Shown: piece by piece, positions 51,619 to 64,000 of the stretch
Position numbering within the stretch: position 1 is the first letter of the stretch
How the letters are laid out: every line of letters starts with the position of its first letter
DNA from: Octopus sinensis
Lineage: Eukaryota
Reading direction: 5' to 3'
DNA: 64,000 nt
NCBI RefSeq assembly: GCF_006345805.1
Contig: NW_021832863.1
Location: 1-64,000 of the forward strand
Notes under the pieces: generated by a model
The model's input: only the letters and a program-made list of their open reading frames with translations
What the model was told of the DNA's origin: nothing
The model's database searches: none
Made by a program: the position numbers and the translations under genes

Positions 51619-52271
51619 TAGTTCTGTTAATTTCTGGTTCAAATATATTTTTGGGTTTTAAGCACAAGGGTAAAAACTTGGAGAACAATGTGTTAGTCAA
51701 TATTAGCGACCCCAAATTTTTGGTTAGGTTTAGGGTCAAATCATTCGAAGGAACTGAACAGAGAAAGTTAAAAGCCGAGAAAAATCCTGCAAAACAATTT
51801 TGCGACGCTCTAACAATTCTACTAGCACGCCTCCTTTTTTGGTTTAAATAATGTACACAAAGAAAACAAAAAACAAAAGCAACAACAACAAAACCGTGTA
51901 GCCATTAAGAAAGATGGCTGCTAAAGACGAAAGAAGATTGATCGGTTTTAGAATATTTAATGATAATATGTATAAATAATTAGATATTCAGAGTTCTATA
52001 TTACCAGGCTGAATTGTACAAGATGTTCCTGTCAAGAAATTCATAAAATATAAAACGATTTTTTGGTTTGTGTTATGGTAGCTGTCGGTGTTCAGCATGT
52101 GGTGCATTTATGTCCGTGCTGATCCGGAGCTTGTTTGAGCTTCGATATCACCACGCGGTTGTTGCAAAAAAATATCTTCATGTACAGAATTAAGTCGCTC
52201 AAATCTTTGTGAATGGAATCTTGGAGAAGGAAACTGTACGGAAACGCTTCAAAAAGTCATAGTTTCTGTTC

Positions 52272-52560
52272 TTTGTTCCTTCTCGAGCCATGCCTGGCCC
52301 ATAAGGGCCGGTTTCCCCGGTTTCCTTGGCGTTTAGGTTCCCCACCTGGACGGGACACCGGTCCGTCGCAGGTGCAGGAGGACAGAGTGAGAGAACGTTG
52401 TGGCGAAAGAGTCAGCAGAAGTTCGCCATTACCTTCTGCCGGAACCGCGTGGAGCTTAGGTGTTTTCGCTCATAAACACACACATCGTCCGGTCTGAGAT
52501 TCGAACCCGCGATCCCTCGACCGCGAGTCCGCTGCTCTAACCACTAGGCCATGCGCCTTC
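52272..52560 (-). mobile_element. SINE family C variant (tail T3)
   Basis: Homologous to 41950. Confidence 0.88.
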
Positions 52561-53084
52561 ACTTTTTCGTTCTTTGGTAGCAAGTTTAATCTGTCGTTAG
52601 TCTTAACATTACCATGTGAGTTTCTTCAGGGCCTTTAGTGGTGTCGGTTTTGAAGCAGGCATTTGAGCAGAATCAGTCATCTATGTATACTTTCCCTCCT
52701 TTCCTCCACGAATTTCTAAGGTCCTGAAAATGTCATGGGTACACCTTTCGTCCTTCTGTTTAAGCCATTAAATTGTCTTTAATTTTGGTACACTGTCAGC
52801 AGAACAATGGTACTTAATTTTATATCCCTCAGAAAAAAGGAAAGTGAAGTTAACCTGACAACGGTTTGACCAATTAATAAAGGAAAATAATGAAATATTT
52901 TTGTGTGAAACAAATCCTCAAACAACTCTGAGTGTTAAGTCATTTAGATTTTATCTTTTAGGCAGATATAAATGTCATAGATTTCAGTTAATTTTTATAA
53001 CACTGCATATATATTCATAAAAAAATACACAAGATGTTATTGCCTTATGATTAAGGAATCCATCTGATGAAATCATATTTGAAA

Positions 53085-53212
53085 GTTAGTAATAAGACAA
53101 TGATATAACAATGATGTAACAGTATGCATTGAGCCTGAAGATTAGTAATAAAACAATGATATAACAAGCAAGCATTGAGCTTGAAGGTTGGCAATAAGGC
53201 AGTGATATGACG
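53085..53212 (+). repeat. Minisatellite, about 2.5 units of ~45-55 bp
   Basis: TTAGTAATAA.ACAATGATATAACAA..GCATTGAGC.TGAAG repeated. Confidence 0.8.
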
Positions 53213-53761
53213 ATATGGTCGATATTAAATGATTATAATAGAAGAATTTCGGGTTAGCCTTCTAGGAATATTGAATTAGGAGGGTTTTTGCTTTCTCCGA
53301 ATTGAATTTGTTTCTCCGAGATAGTTACTAGAAGCATTCATACAATAACGGCTCGATTTAATCATGTTTACACGCAGTTTTTGTAACAATTAGCCTTCCT
53401 TCTAAAGACCACATTTACTACTATTATTGTTGTTTTCAGCTAACACCCCAAAATAATCCATGTGTCAGAGAATAAATAAGTAAATGGAATATGTTTTTAA
53501 AGGAGACGGATCATACCTCATGATTGTTGATTTTACAGGGATTTTTAAATATAGAAAAAAATGAAGGCATCATCACTTATAAACCATTCTCGGGCAGTGG
53601 ATGCTTTAAGTAGACTTCACCTAAGGTATTTAAGGGCCAGGTTTGCGGAGTTTACCACCCAAGTACGGGTACAGTCCACCCGAAGGACTGTCGCAAAGCT
53701 TATGTCAGCCCAGCAGCGCTCACAAAGATTGGACCAACATTATGTTAGATGAGACTTGTCC

Positions 53762-54128
53762 AACTTGTACTTATTTGTACTTGTACTTGTGACGGCATTC
53801 ACCGGCTTCTTATCTGAGGAGAAGTTTTGTGGGAATATTGAATTCACAAGCGGTCCCCAACATATCCCGAGTGACGGGACACCCTGTTTGCCACGGAGTC
53901 TCCACAGACGCAGGGACAGAACGACCTCGAAGCCACCGGTTGCCGATCAGACGCCTCTTGGAATTTTCACCAGAGCCCCGTTGGCCAGGCTGCGGCTCTT
54001 ATACCGATCGGTGCCAGACCAATCCGCCTTGGGTGGCCCTACCAGGAACCGAAGTTCTCGATGGCATAGCTCTGACACGGCCCGTTTACACCACCCTGCC
54101 GCTTTGAGGAGGGGTTGGACTTTAGGGT
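53762..54128 (-). mobile_element. Short non-autonomous RTE derivative (5' UTR joined to 3' tail)
   Basis: Minus strand GAGCTATGCC..TAGGGCCACCCAAGGCGGA (RTE/BovB-type 5' UTR motif); ends CCGGTGAATGCCGTCA(CAAGTA)n. Confidence 0.7.
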
Positions 54129-55877
54129 AGCAAACTTGTGGAGATATGTTGTTAAATCTGGAAGCCCATAGCTAGGAAATGAATGTTTTAAAAATACGAA
54201 AATTACTGAGTTTAAATTTTACCTTATCTGGTCTTATTGTAACTGAATTGACGTTTCACTTCAGCTTAGAATCACGAGTGTCGTTCTCAACTGCGCAATT
54301 CCTACGCTATGTGGTTCCTCAATAAATTTTGCCAGCCGTTCCAGCCGTTTATTTTCAGTCAAGTACCACTGCATATGATGTTAATAATGATAACATTGAT
54401 ATAAAGAGTCTACAAGCAGATGGGAAAATAGGAGGTTTTTTAGAGATATCAGAGGTAACGTGTCTCTAACAAGGTTCGAACTATTAAGTTTTCTTGATAA
54501 TTGGGTATTCTACTGCCAAACAGTCAGTCTGTTGACTATTTAGCATTCATTAGTAAATACAAAAACTTCAACACTGAAGACATATCTTCTAAGCCGAATT
54601 CCTCGTTTTGCTCGTCAACAAAGCAAAGATCTGGCAGTTAAAGGAAAGTAAAACCAGAACATAAAATTTCCAGTAATCGCCTATTTTTTTATGTCTTGAT
54701 ATTGCAATATAAAGTCTTCGCAATTTTCTCTGTATTTAAAATTTTGTACAATAGGGTTATATTGTGAGACATTTCCTTAAACCAGAATGAAGTACATAAC
54801 AGAGTAAAGCCAAACGGAAACAGAGGAAAACCTAATCGATCAACGTGAATAGGAAGCAAAGTAAGTCTGGCAATAAATACTACTTATACAGAGGAAATTA
54901 AATATTTCACATTCTTTTTATCGCTTAGACAGCGGACTATTGCTTGTGACTATTTCTTGTGAGAAACAAACCACAGAAAGAAGACAAAAAAAAAAAAAAT
55001 CAAAATCAAGTAAGTTAACTCAAAACAACAAATCTACTACTATAGCGATTATAAATGATTGAAAGTCACTATAAAATATTTTAGAGCAGACAATGTAATC
55101 TCAACAATTTAACAATATTTTGTAGACGACCAGAAGAGATCGTGGCTGAAAATATAGTAAATATTTATAGAAACTGGACTAATTCAGACACTATTTTGTT
55201 TTCGTTTTAGCAGCAACTATTCTGGCTTTCATTCCGTGTATGATCAAATCTGCATTAAAATAATTTTGCCGCTATATTTGAATAAATGGCAAGGACCATT
55301 TAACTCATAAAAATGGCATGGCTTTTAATAATGCACAAATATGATAATAGATTTAACTAATTGCTTCTCTCTGAGCATTAATCAATTAATTTTGTCAAAT
55401 ACTATCTCTTGAAGTAGTCGGACGATTTTAATTCGATTACAACTTTGAATTACAAATGTACCGTTGGCACATGTACCGTAAGGTTACAATCCAATTTTGG
55501 CATTCAGTGGTGTTCCTGGCAAAAACACTTAACATTTCTTATTTAATAACCCTGCCTAATTAGAAAGTAAGTGGCTACTTCAACGAGACGTTAACTTACG
55601 ATAATGTTAGTATCTTTTACGGTGCAGATTTGGTTTTAATTTTACAGAATATTGACAAAAATAGTGGGTGGTTAAAGAAGAAACTAAAGGCTAATGTAAG
55701 TTTGCTCCAATTAATTAGATTTAATCGCTTCTTCACGAGTAGGGCGTAATAAAAGAAATGGAAATATAACAGCTAATTCAATCTATGATAATACATAATT
55801 TGGAGTTTATAGTTTACTTCGAAAATCGAATAAGGCTGTAGCAATGGATAAAATCTTAAATATCCATTACTATAGAT

Positions 55878-57200
55878 ACAAGTGGGAAGTCGAAAATTAT
55901 CCACACTTTCGCCAAGACTTTCCTTAGGTTGGCCGAAATCCCGTCAGCGTTTGCATGTAAAAGGTAGCGAACTTGTGGTTACGTAACCGAAGTTTGACCC
56001 TGATCGCCCCAGTTTTCTTAATGACCGCTCCGCTGGCAATGCGCACTAAGGAAGAACAGAGATCAGTGATCCAGTTTCTCCGGTCTGAAGATGTTTCAGG
56101 AACTGAAATTCATCAAAACATATGTGGATAACGCTCTGCTATGAATAAGTGTGAATGAGTGGATCAAGAAGTTTGAAAATGGCCAGCCAAACGTAAAGAA
56201 CGAAGAGGGTGCACGACACCCATCAACCGCTATCAACAGATCCAAGAAGTTCGAGAGATGATTGTGGCGAACAGACGAGTGATCATCGATGAGGTAGTAT
56301 GTTCTCAGAAAATTACTCATGGTTCTGCATACGAACTCATCCAAGACAAGCTTCGCTTCCCTAAAGTCTGTGAGAGATGAGTGCTAAAAAAAATCTTATC
56401 AATGTGAAGTCGCAGGGAGATCTGTCAACGCTTACATATTCTTTACTACCCACAAGAGACTAAACACAGAAGGAACAAACAAGGACAAACAAACGGATTA
56501 AGTCAGTTATATCGACCCCAGTGCGTAACTGGTACTTATTTAATCGACCTCGAAAGGATGAAAGGCAAAGTCGACCTCGGCGGAATTTGAACTCAGAGAT
56601 CTGTCAACGCTTACTCGTCCTCTACGAATGTGAAGGTGAAGCATTATTGGAGAGAATAGCCACGAGAGATGAGATCTGGGCACTTCACTTTGAGCCAAAG
56701 TTCAAAAGGTAGACTATGGAGTGGAAGCAGCCGTAATCGCCAGCGAAAATAAAATTCAACGTCCAACCTTGTACGGAAAAGTGATGCTAAGCATTTTGGG
56801 GGACGAAAAAGGGGTGTATACTAAAACATTACATGGAAGAGAGGTTTACAGTCGCCGGTGTAGGCTACAGAGAAATGCTCGGTTATGGTTGCACGAAAAT
56901 GTATGCCCTCTACGGCCTCCCACACCGTTGAAACCATTAGAAAATTAGGTTTTAAGTTGCTGGTACACTCTGCATACAAACTAGATGTCGCTCCTTCCGA
57001 ATATCTCCCCTTTTTGGATCGCTAGAACATCCTTTACTACGGATTTGCTACGGATGAAAAAATGCGGGGAACGGTGCATCAATGCCTGCAAGACACGCCG
57101 AAAATCGAGTAACAAGGACAAGGAATATATTGAAAATATTGTCTTTTTCAAATTTGGTTGACAAGATTCAGATTAATGAAAGCAGACCAATTCCATAAAC
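55878..57200 (+). mobile_element. Near full-length decayed mariner, interrupted by a SINE
   Basis: CTKEEQRSVIQFL..EWIKKFENG..HGSAYELIQDKLRFPKVC..ERIATRDEIW..KVMLSI..HEN..DVAPSEY (relics of the D,D34D motifs). Confidence 0.88.
56436..56595 (-). mobile_element. 5'-truncated SINE family B inside the mariner
   Basis: 19-bp TSD GAGATCTGTCAACGCTTAC at 56417-56435 and 56596-56614. Confidence 0.95.
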
Positions 57201-57310
57201 TCTTGCTGCCTTGTGAGCATTATCCATCTTTTATTCATCGTTCTCCCACGCAATCAGCTTGTATAATCCTAGTTTTTCAAATATCATTACGAGGCTATTC
57301 TAGATAGAAT

Positions 57311-57625
57311 GTGGAGGCGCAATGGACCAGTGGCTAGGGCAGCGGACTCGCGTTCGGAGGATCGCGGTTTCGATTCCCAGACCAGGCGTTGTGTGTGTTT
57401 ATTGAGCGAAAACACCTAAAAAGCTCCACGAACTCCGGCAGGGGGTGGTGGCGACCCCTGTTGTATTCTTTCGCCCCAACTTTCCCTCACTCCCTCTTCC
57501 TGTTTCTTGAGTAACGCTGCGATGGACTGGCGTCCCGTCCAGCTGAGTGGGGGACAAATACGCCACAGAAACCGGGAAGCCGGGCCCATGAGCCTGGATA
57601 GGCTTGGAAAGGGCACATAAATAAA
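57311..57625 (+). mobile_element. SINE, head H1 + tail T2
   Basis: TSD TATTCTAGATAGA. Confidence 0.9.
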
Positions 57626-58384
57626 TATATTCTAGATAGATAACTCAGCAGCAAGGTTTTATAAATCTAAAGATTTCATAGCTCTCTCTTCTATTTAGCA
57701 TGCCTGATCCGAGTTTGTTTATATACAATCTCGCTTACGATGCTGTTCTAGATAGCTACCTATGCAATAAGGGTCTACTAATCTTTTAAAGGAAAGCACA
57801 AACATTACATCTTCCTATTTAATCTCTCATCCATTAACCATTTGGTGGTTCGATTAAAAAAAAAGTCAACCAAAAAAACAAAAACGAAAAAGCTCCAAAC
57901 CATTCGATTGATTCTTCTAACTAACCAATCCTCTGATTCTACCAAGAAATCAATTTCGTGATTCCACAATGCCTATTATAGAAACGGTATTATTTAACTT
58001 TAGAATATATCCACACGCAAAAGAACATTTATTTTAGCGTTTCCTTTGTGGTTGCTAACATGGAACAACTAATAACTATGTAGTTTCTTGTGAGACAATG
58101 CTTCTCATTGAGTTGCGCTTATTCAAGATATACTTACGAAAACTCGAGGGAGAACATTCCTCATTGTAATTTTTTTTCTTACAGAATCTTCTTACGGTTT
58201 AATTGTTCCTCACTTTATTAGTAGAACCATTTATTTAGCGTCACACTTTTGATGAGACACGAAGATGTAAAAGATATTTCCAGTAAGCTTTTATAATTAA
58301 TGAAAGAAGTCGTTCGGGGGCATCGATGATGAGTTAATAATATTCACTGAGCGCATCTGCCAATATATGGCTGTGTGTATGTGT

Positions 58385-58452
58385 GGATATATACATACAT
58401 ACACACATGCATACATACAAAAATATATACATACATGCATACATACACCCCC

Positions 58453-58491
<39 letters not shown>

Positions 58492-58599
58492 TATATATAT
58501 ATATACATATATATATATACATACATATATATATATTATATATATATATACATTTATATATATTATATATATATATATACATTTATATATATATACATT

Positions 58600-58651
<52 letters not shown>

Positions 58652-58752
58652 TATACATACATATATATTATATATATATATATAATATATATATATATAT
58701 ATTTATATTTATATGTGTGTGTATGTGCGTGTGCGTGTGTGTGTGTGTGTGA
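58385..58752. repeat. (TA)n/(TACA)n/(TG)n complex
   Basis: Directly visible. Confidence 0.95.
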
Positions 58753-59423
58753 TTAAGTGACTGAGAACGTGTATAAGTATATAAATATGTATTGTGTGTA
58801 TCCACGTACGAATATCGCTGCTTTTTTCGCAGGTTTTTTTTTTATATTCTGACTTCTTTTCACAGGTTTCTTCGTTCTTTATAAATGCTACTTTTTCCAG
58901 ATTGCATCGTTAGCAGCAATTGTTTAATGGTGAAAGTCTAGCAATCGGCACGTGATTATAACTTTGAATTATCATTGTCAAGACAATAAGAATCGTTAGT
59001 CTTTTAGAAACCGAACAAAACAAAAGTCCGAATCAAATCAAATTCGTCGGAGATGTGTGCGATGTTGGCTTCTGTTTTGACTACGTGCGAGGTCAGCTTT
59101 AATATGATGCGAGAAGTATAATCAAAAGAATTAACTTTCATATATTACTGGTAACATATTGAAGTTAATCTCACCTAGAAAGCAGAGTAATGTAGATAAA
59201 TAATTCTATAGTCACGGCTGCCATTTTGAAGACGTGTTAATTTGGTGTCTTACTTAAAGGTAAAAGCGATAAAGTGTGATGCTAAATGATAGAGATAATT
59301 GCATTAATTGCACTGTATTAATACTATTTATGATGAAAGGCAACGCCAAAGCAAACAAGGAAAACTCGCTTTGCGATTGACTTACTTGGGGTATGATAAT
59401 GGGTGTATTATATATCCTATTAT

Positions 59424-59930
59424 GGCGGCGAGCTGGCAGAAACGTTAGCGCACCGGGCGAAATGCTTGGCGGTATTTCGTCTGTCGTTATGTTCTGAGTT
59501 CAAATTCCGCCGCGGTCAACTTTGCCTTTCATCCTTTCGGGGTCGATAAATTAAGTACCAGTTACGCACTGGGGTCGATGTAATCGACTTAATCCCTTTA
59601 TCTGTCCCTGTGTGTCCCCTCTGTGTTTAGTCCCTTGTGGGTAGTAAAGAAATAGGTATTTCGTCTGCGGCTACGTTCTGAGTTCAAATTCCGCCGAGGT
59701 AGACTTTGCCTTTCATCCTTTCGGGGTCGATAAATTAAGTACCAGTTACGCACTGGGGTCGATGTAATCGACTTAATCCCTTTATCTGTCCTTGTTTGTC
59801 CCCTCTGTGTTTAGCCCCTTGTGGGTAGTAAAGAAATAGGTATTTCGTCTGCGGCTACGTTCTGAGTTCAAATTCCGCCGAGGTAGACTTTGCCTTTCAT
59901 CCTTTCGGGGTCGATAAATTAAGTACCAGT
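59424..59930 (+). mobile_element. SINE family B 2.5-mer
   Basis: 184-bp period (GGTATTTCG at 59655 and 59839). Confidence 0.92.
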
Positions 59931-60452
59931 CCATCATTATGCCTTTCAAAATTATGCCTGGAGTATCTTTACCTCAAAGAAATATTGTAATTGTTGGGAT
60001 TTTAAGTCTTACCCACTCCTTGAATTACAAGAAGTATTCTTTCTCAATATTCAATTGAAGACTTTTTTTTCGCTTTGTTTGAAAAAGATCTCATAAATAC
60101 TAGAATCGATTGATTAAGTTGAGCCCCAAGACTTTTTATAAATGGAAGTCACTCTGAATAAGACGTCAAGCAACCGGCAATAAAATAAGGCTGAAGCATT
60201 CACTTCGTGTGTTGGAATTACGAAAGAAGAATAGTAAAACGATAAACGGAAGATATGAAATAATTAAGATGATATTTATGTGTGAAATGAGAAGGAAGGG
60301 AGCTGGATAAAAAGAATGTTTGTAGAAAGAAACAACAACGGTAGAAACACTTCTTAGAAGAGGGGACAGCAACAGTAAAAGACGACTCACTGGATTAGTA
60401 ACCTTTAGGAAGAGTGGCGACTAGTGAAGTATTTGTGGCAGAGATGTAGAAG

Positions 60453-60554
60453 AAAAACATAGAACGCTTCACGAATTTGCATGTTATCCTTGTGTAGGGA
60501 CCATGCTAATCCTCTCTGTATCGTTCTAATTTTAGACTATGTAAAAGCTAGTAC
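60453..60554 (-). pseudogene. U6: U6 snRNA pseudogene
   Basis: Minus strand CTAAAATTAGAACGATACAGAGAGGATTAGCATGGTCCCTACACAAGGATAACATGCAAATTCGTGAAGCGTTCTATGTTTTT matches U6 with transitions; 5' stem-loop partly deleted. Confidence 0.93.
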
Positions 60555-60628
60555 AAAAAAAAAAAAGAAAAATATAAACTCTGAGCGATTCCTTACCCTT
60601 AAAAGGAAACTTCACTCTTCCTTCCATT

Positions 60629-60864
60629 TCTATTTCTTTACTACCCACAAGGGGCTAAACACAGAGGAGACAAACAAGGACAGACAAACGGAATAAGTCG
60701 ATTACATCGACCCCAGTGCGTAACTGGTACTTATTTAATCGACCCCAAAAGGATGAAAGGCAAAGTCGACCTCGGCGGAATTTGAACTCAGAACGTAACG
60801 GTAGACGAAATACCACCTAAGCATTTCGCCCGGCGTGCTAACGTTTCTGCCAGCTCGCCGCCTT
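60629..60864 (-). mobile_element. SINE family B monomer
   Basis: TSD CTTCCTTCCATT. Confidence 0.9.
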
Positions 60865-61329
60865 CCTTCCATTCCTTAGTAAATTCTCTCTCTTTTTCTC
60901 CCGCCCTTATTCTGAAAGCAACCGAAGGTGGCAGCACCAACAGTTGCCAGTCAAATTTCCCAAGAAGAAATGTCCTGGTAACGAGTTCAAGATAGAATAT
61001 ATCAGAATATATCTGTGAAGTACAAGACAAGAATGTTTGATACATCAGCGACCATGGGGCTGTTTATAGAATAGTGATACAAAGCAATATCTTTTCGATG
61101 CTAGTAATTCCTATCTTATAAATCAGGTCTGTATTTATATGAACTACACAGATATCAATAACTCAATATCCCAGTCAGAATTTTATGTTGGTACATGATT
61201 ATCTATTTCGGGTAGGATAAAGGAATTAAATCAATGCAGTATTAAACACGTGTAGTGTTAAGATGATTCAAAGACAGAATCAGTGCGTGTCTGTGACACA
61301 GAACGGGACAACGCTGGACTTTCTGAATT

Positions 61330-61505
61330 GCAGGTGCAATCTATCTGGCGGGGATTCTGTACAGTTTCCGTCAACTTAATTTGATTCGGGTGTAGATTGA
61401 ACCGCGGCTATAGAAAATGATATTTGCCTAAGAGGTTATGTATTGGATTCGAACCCGGACGTCATTGCTGCGAATCGAACGTCTTTGATCTTTTGGCCAT
61501 TTCTG
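61330..61505 (-). mobile_element. Old, diverged family A-like SINE
   Basis: CAGTTTCCGTC..GGCTATAG..TTGCC.AAG..GATTCGAACCCGG. Confidence 0.55.
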
Positions 61506-61629
61506 CACCTACACACACACACACATACACACACACACACACACTCACACACACACATACTTATCAGTACGGCTACTTTTTTCTAAGTTTGTGAAGTGAT
61601 AACACCGACTTGTACCTAATAACAAAACT

Positions 61630-61965
61630 CCGCCATCACCACTATAAACATTATCACTATCACCGCTACAACAACCAACACCGCCTGCACCGCCGCCACC
61701 GCCTCCACCGCCTCCACCGCCGCCACCGCCTCCACTGCCACGACGACGAACACCACCACCACCATCACCACCATCACTACCACCACCACTACCACCACCA
61801 CCACCACCACCACTACCAGAACAACTACTATCATCATCATCATCATCATCATCATCATGGATATCTCCACCAACGACATCGTTGTCTTGTTCTTAACATA
61901 CCACCAGCATCACCACCACCGGCAGCAGCAGCAGCAGCACCACCACCACCACCACCACCACCATT
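61630..61965. repeat. (CAC)n/(CAT)n/(CAG)n trinucleotide low-complexity tract
   Basis: Directly visible. Confidence 0.9.
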
Positions 61966-62626
61966 ACCCTCAACTATTATCCCACTCGTCAGTACCATCG
62001 TCATCACCGCCATCGCCGCCATGATAAACCACACTTACTTACCATCGCCATCACCAACAAACAGCCGAAGAAATCTAATTCTTTTATTCCGTTCCGAACA
62101 GTGACTACGGAATCCGATGCATTCTATCATACGCTTGTCTATCTCTCAGCAATGCAATCCAACAGATTGTTCATTCAGGTGTACGCTAATCCATCCGTCA
62201 ATTCATTTATCCATCAATCTATCCATAAAACCGCAACCCGTCGATATAATCCATTCATCTACCTATCCATTTGTTCATTCATCTAACTAGTTAGCTATCA
62301 ATTTCTGCTTATATCAGCCAACCAGTGAAGCAGCGAGCCAACCAAAGCAGCCATTTGTTTGCCCACGAATCTCATATATCTTCAAAGTATCTCGGCGCAG
62401 GAGAAGCCTGTTTCGCTAAGAACATTAATTACCATTTATTCTGCAATGGTAATGATATTTAGTTGAGTTTGTGGGACAGCGACCTTATTGAGCGAATAGC
62501 CACTGGTTCGAATCTCAGCAGTGTCGTTAATCAGTTTGCTTCTTTATTTTGGGTAGGACTACACACTCCAATGCGTCCTTCCTTCTCGAAGACGTCTGGT
62601 TGCAGTTTGAGATGAGAAAGATTTGG

Positions 62627-62629
62627 CTA

Positions 62630-62705
<76 letters not shown>
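62627..62705. repeat. (CTA)n(CTG)n(CTA)n microsatellite
   Basis: Directly visible. Confidence 0.95.
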
Positions 62706-63189
62706 CACAACTACATACAAAGACTATACATTGTAACTGATGAGTAATTTCGTGTTGTTTTTGTTTTTAGTTCTGCGCTTAAATGTGGAGTAAGAAATAT
62801 GATTCTGATCTTGTCATCTGTTGATTTAGTTTCGATACCCACTCGGAGACATCGCAGTTCATTCACATTGCCAATAGGGATTATATTAATCCTTCATTTC
62901 TAACTTTATAATTGCTTTAGGTGTCACTGTGTTGAACATTCAACGCTACAGAATTTTACGATCCCTAGATTGAGTGGTTAGAAAGTCCGCTTCACACGCA
63001 TCAACTGGTCTCACGTTCGGTTCCATTGATTGGTAGACGAAGCAAGTGTATTTACCATGGACTCGGGTCGGTCGTCAAAATTGTTGTGAGTGGACGAAAA
63101 CTGTATGGAAGCCCATCAGTTTGACTGTACCTGTAGTTCAAAAGTCCTCCCTTGTCGCACTCATGTCACGCTGATCCTACCATAGAATT

Positions 63190-63810
63190 CGTTTCTACTC
63201 TAGGCGCAAGGCCCGAAAGTTTGGGGGAAGGGGCCAGTTGATTGGATCAATCTCAGTACGCGACTGGTACTTAATTTATCGACCCTGAAAGGATAAAAGA
63301 CTAAGTCGAACTAGTCGGAATTTGAACTCAGAACGTAAAGACAGACGAAATACCAATTTCTTTACTACCCACAAGGGGCTAAACACAGAGAGGACAAACA
63401 AGGACAGACAAACGGATTAAGTCGATTACATCGATCCCAGTGCGTAACTGGTACTTAATTTATCGACCCCGAAAGGATGAAAGACAAAGTCGACCTAGTC
63501 GGAATTTGAACTCAGAACATTAGGACAGACGAAATACCGCTAAGCATTTCGCCCAGCGTGCTACCGTTTCTACAAGTTCGCCGCCTTAATCCTACAAGAG
63601 GATTCGTTTCTACTCTAGGCAGAAGACGCGAAATGTTTTGGGAAGGGGCCAGTTGATTAGATCAACTCCAGTACGCAAATGGTACTTAATTCTATCTACC
63701 CTAAAAGGCAATGTCCACCTCGGCGGAATTTGAACTCAGAACGTAAAGACAGACGAAATACGGCTAAGCATTTCGCTCGGCGTGCTAACGTTTCTGCCAG
63801 CTCACCACCT
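63190..63810 (-). mobile_element. Cluster of three family B units (both tail types) nested in an older SINE (62965-63855, +)
   Basis: Host tail TGTCACGCTGA..GAGAATTACGTTAAAGGTA is interrupted by the family B units. Confidence 0.85.
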
Positions 63811-64000
63811 TAATCCAACCGGAGAATTACGTTAAAGGTAAACCAGTCTGTGAGATATGGAGGTACTGAACCACTCCGCTAAATTCAATGTATATGTTGT
63901 CCAGGTGATCAACAGAGATCATTAAAATTTATTCCCTGCTATCTATTACTTGTATATTGAAGAATATTTACTTTGCATTGTAAACATTAATTTAATACGT

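Noticed and set aside
53539-53752. Possible exon after TTTTACAG
   Set aside because: Stop codon when joined in phase to the 35333 donor; no recognisable protein
61610-62104. His/Pro-rich 164-aa ORF
   Set aside because: Translation of CAC/CAT/CAG repeats with a non-ATG start and no domain

Overview
AT-rich, repeat-saturated eukaryotic DNA. The repeat families resemble those of an octopus/cephalopod genome (recalled, not database-checked). I find no intact protein-coding gene: most ORF-track entries are microsatellite or SINE translations. The window holds about 35 tRNA-derived SINE copies, many with readable target-site duplications (TSDs). It also holds decayed LINEs (R4/Dong-like, RTE), at least three Penelope-like element (PLE) fragments, five mariner relics, piggyBac-type and Merlin-like MITEs, a U6 snRNA pseudogene and long microsatellites. 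Four signals stand out. (1) Eight hammerhead-ribozyme-like motifs lie in short islands in or beside (TA)n tracts, including a well-formed one at 24623-24707. (2) A 3.4-kb PLE with a 1.38-kb inverted repeat has landed in the internal (TA)n of a SINE and split it. (3) One SINE family forms ~184-bp head-to-tail multimers inside a single TSD, joined at a recurrent GGTA. (4) SINE heads and tails appear in swapped combinations.
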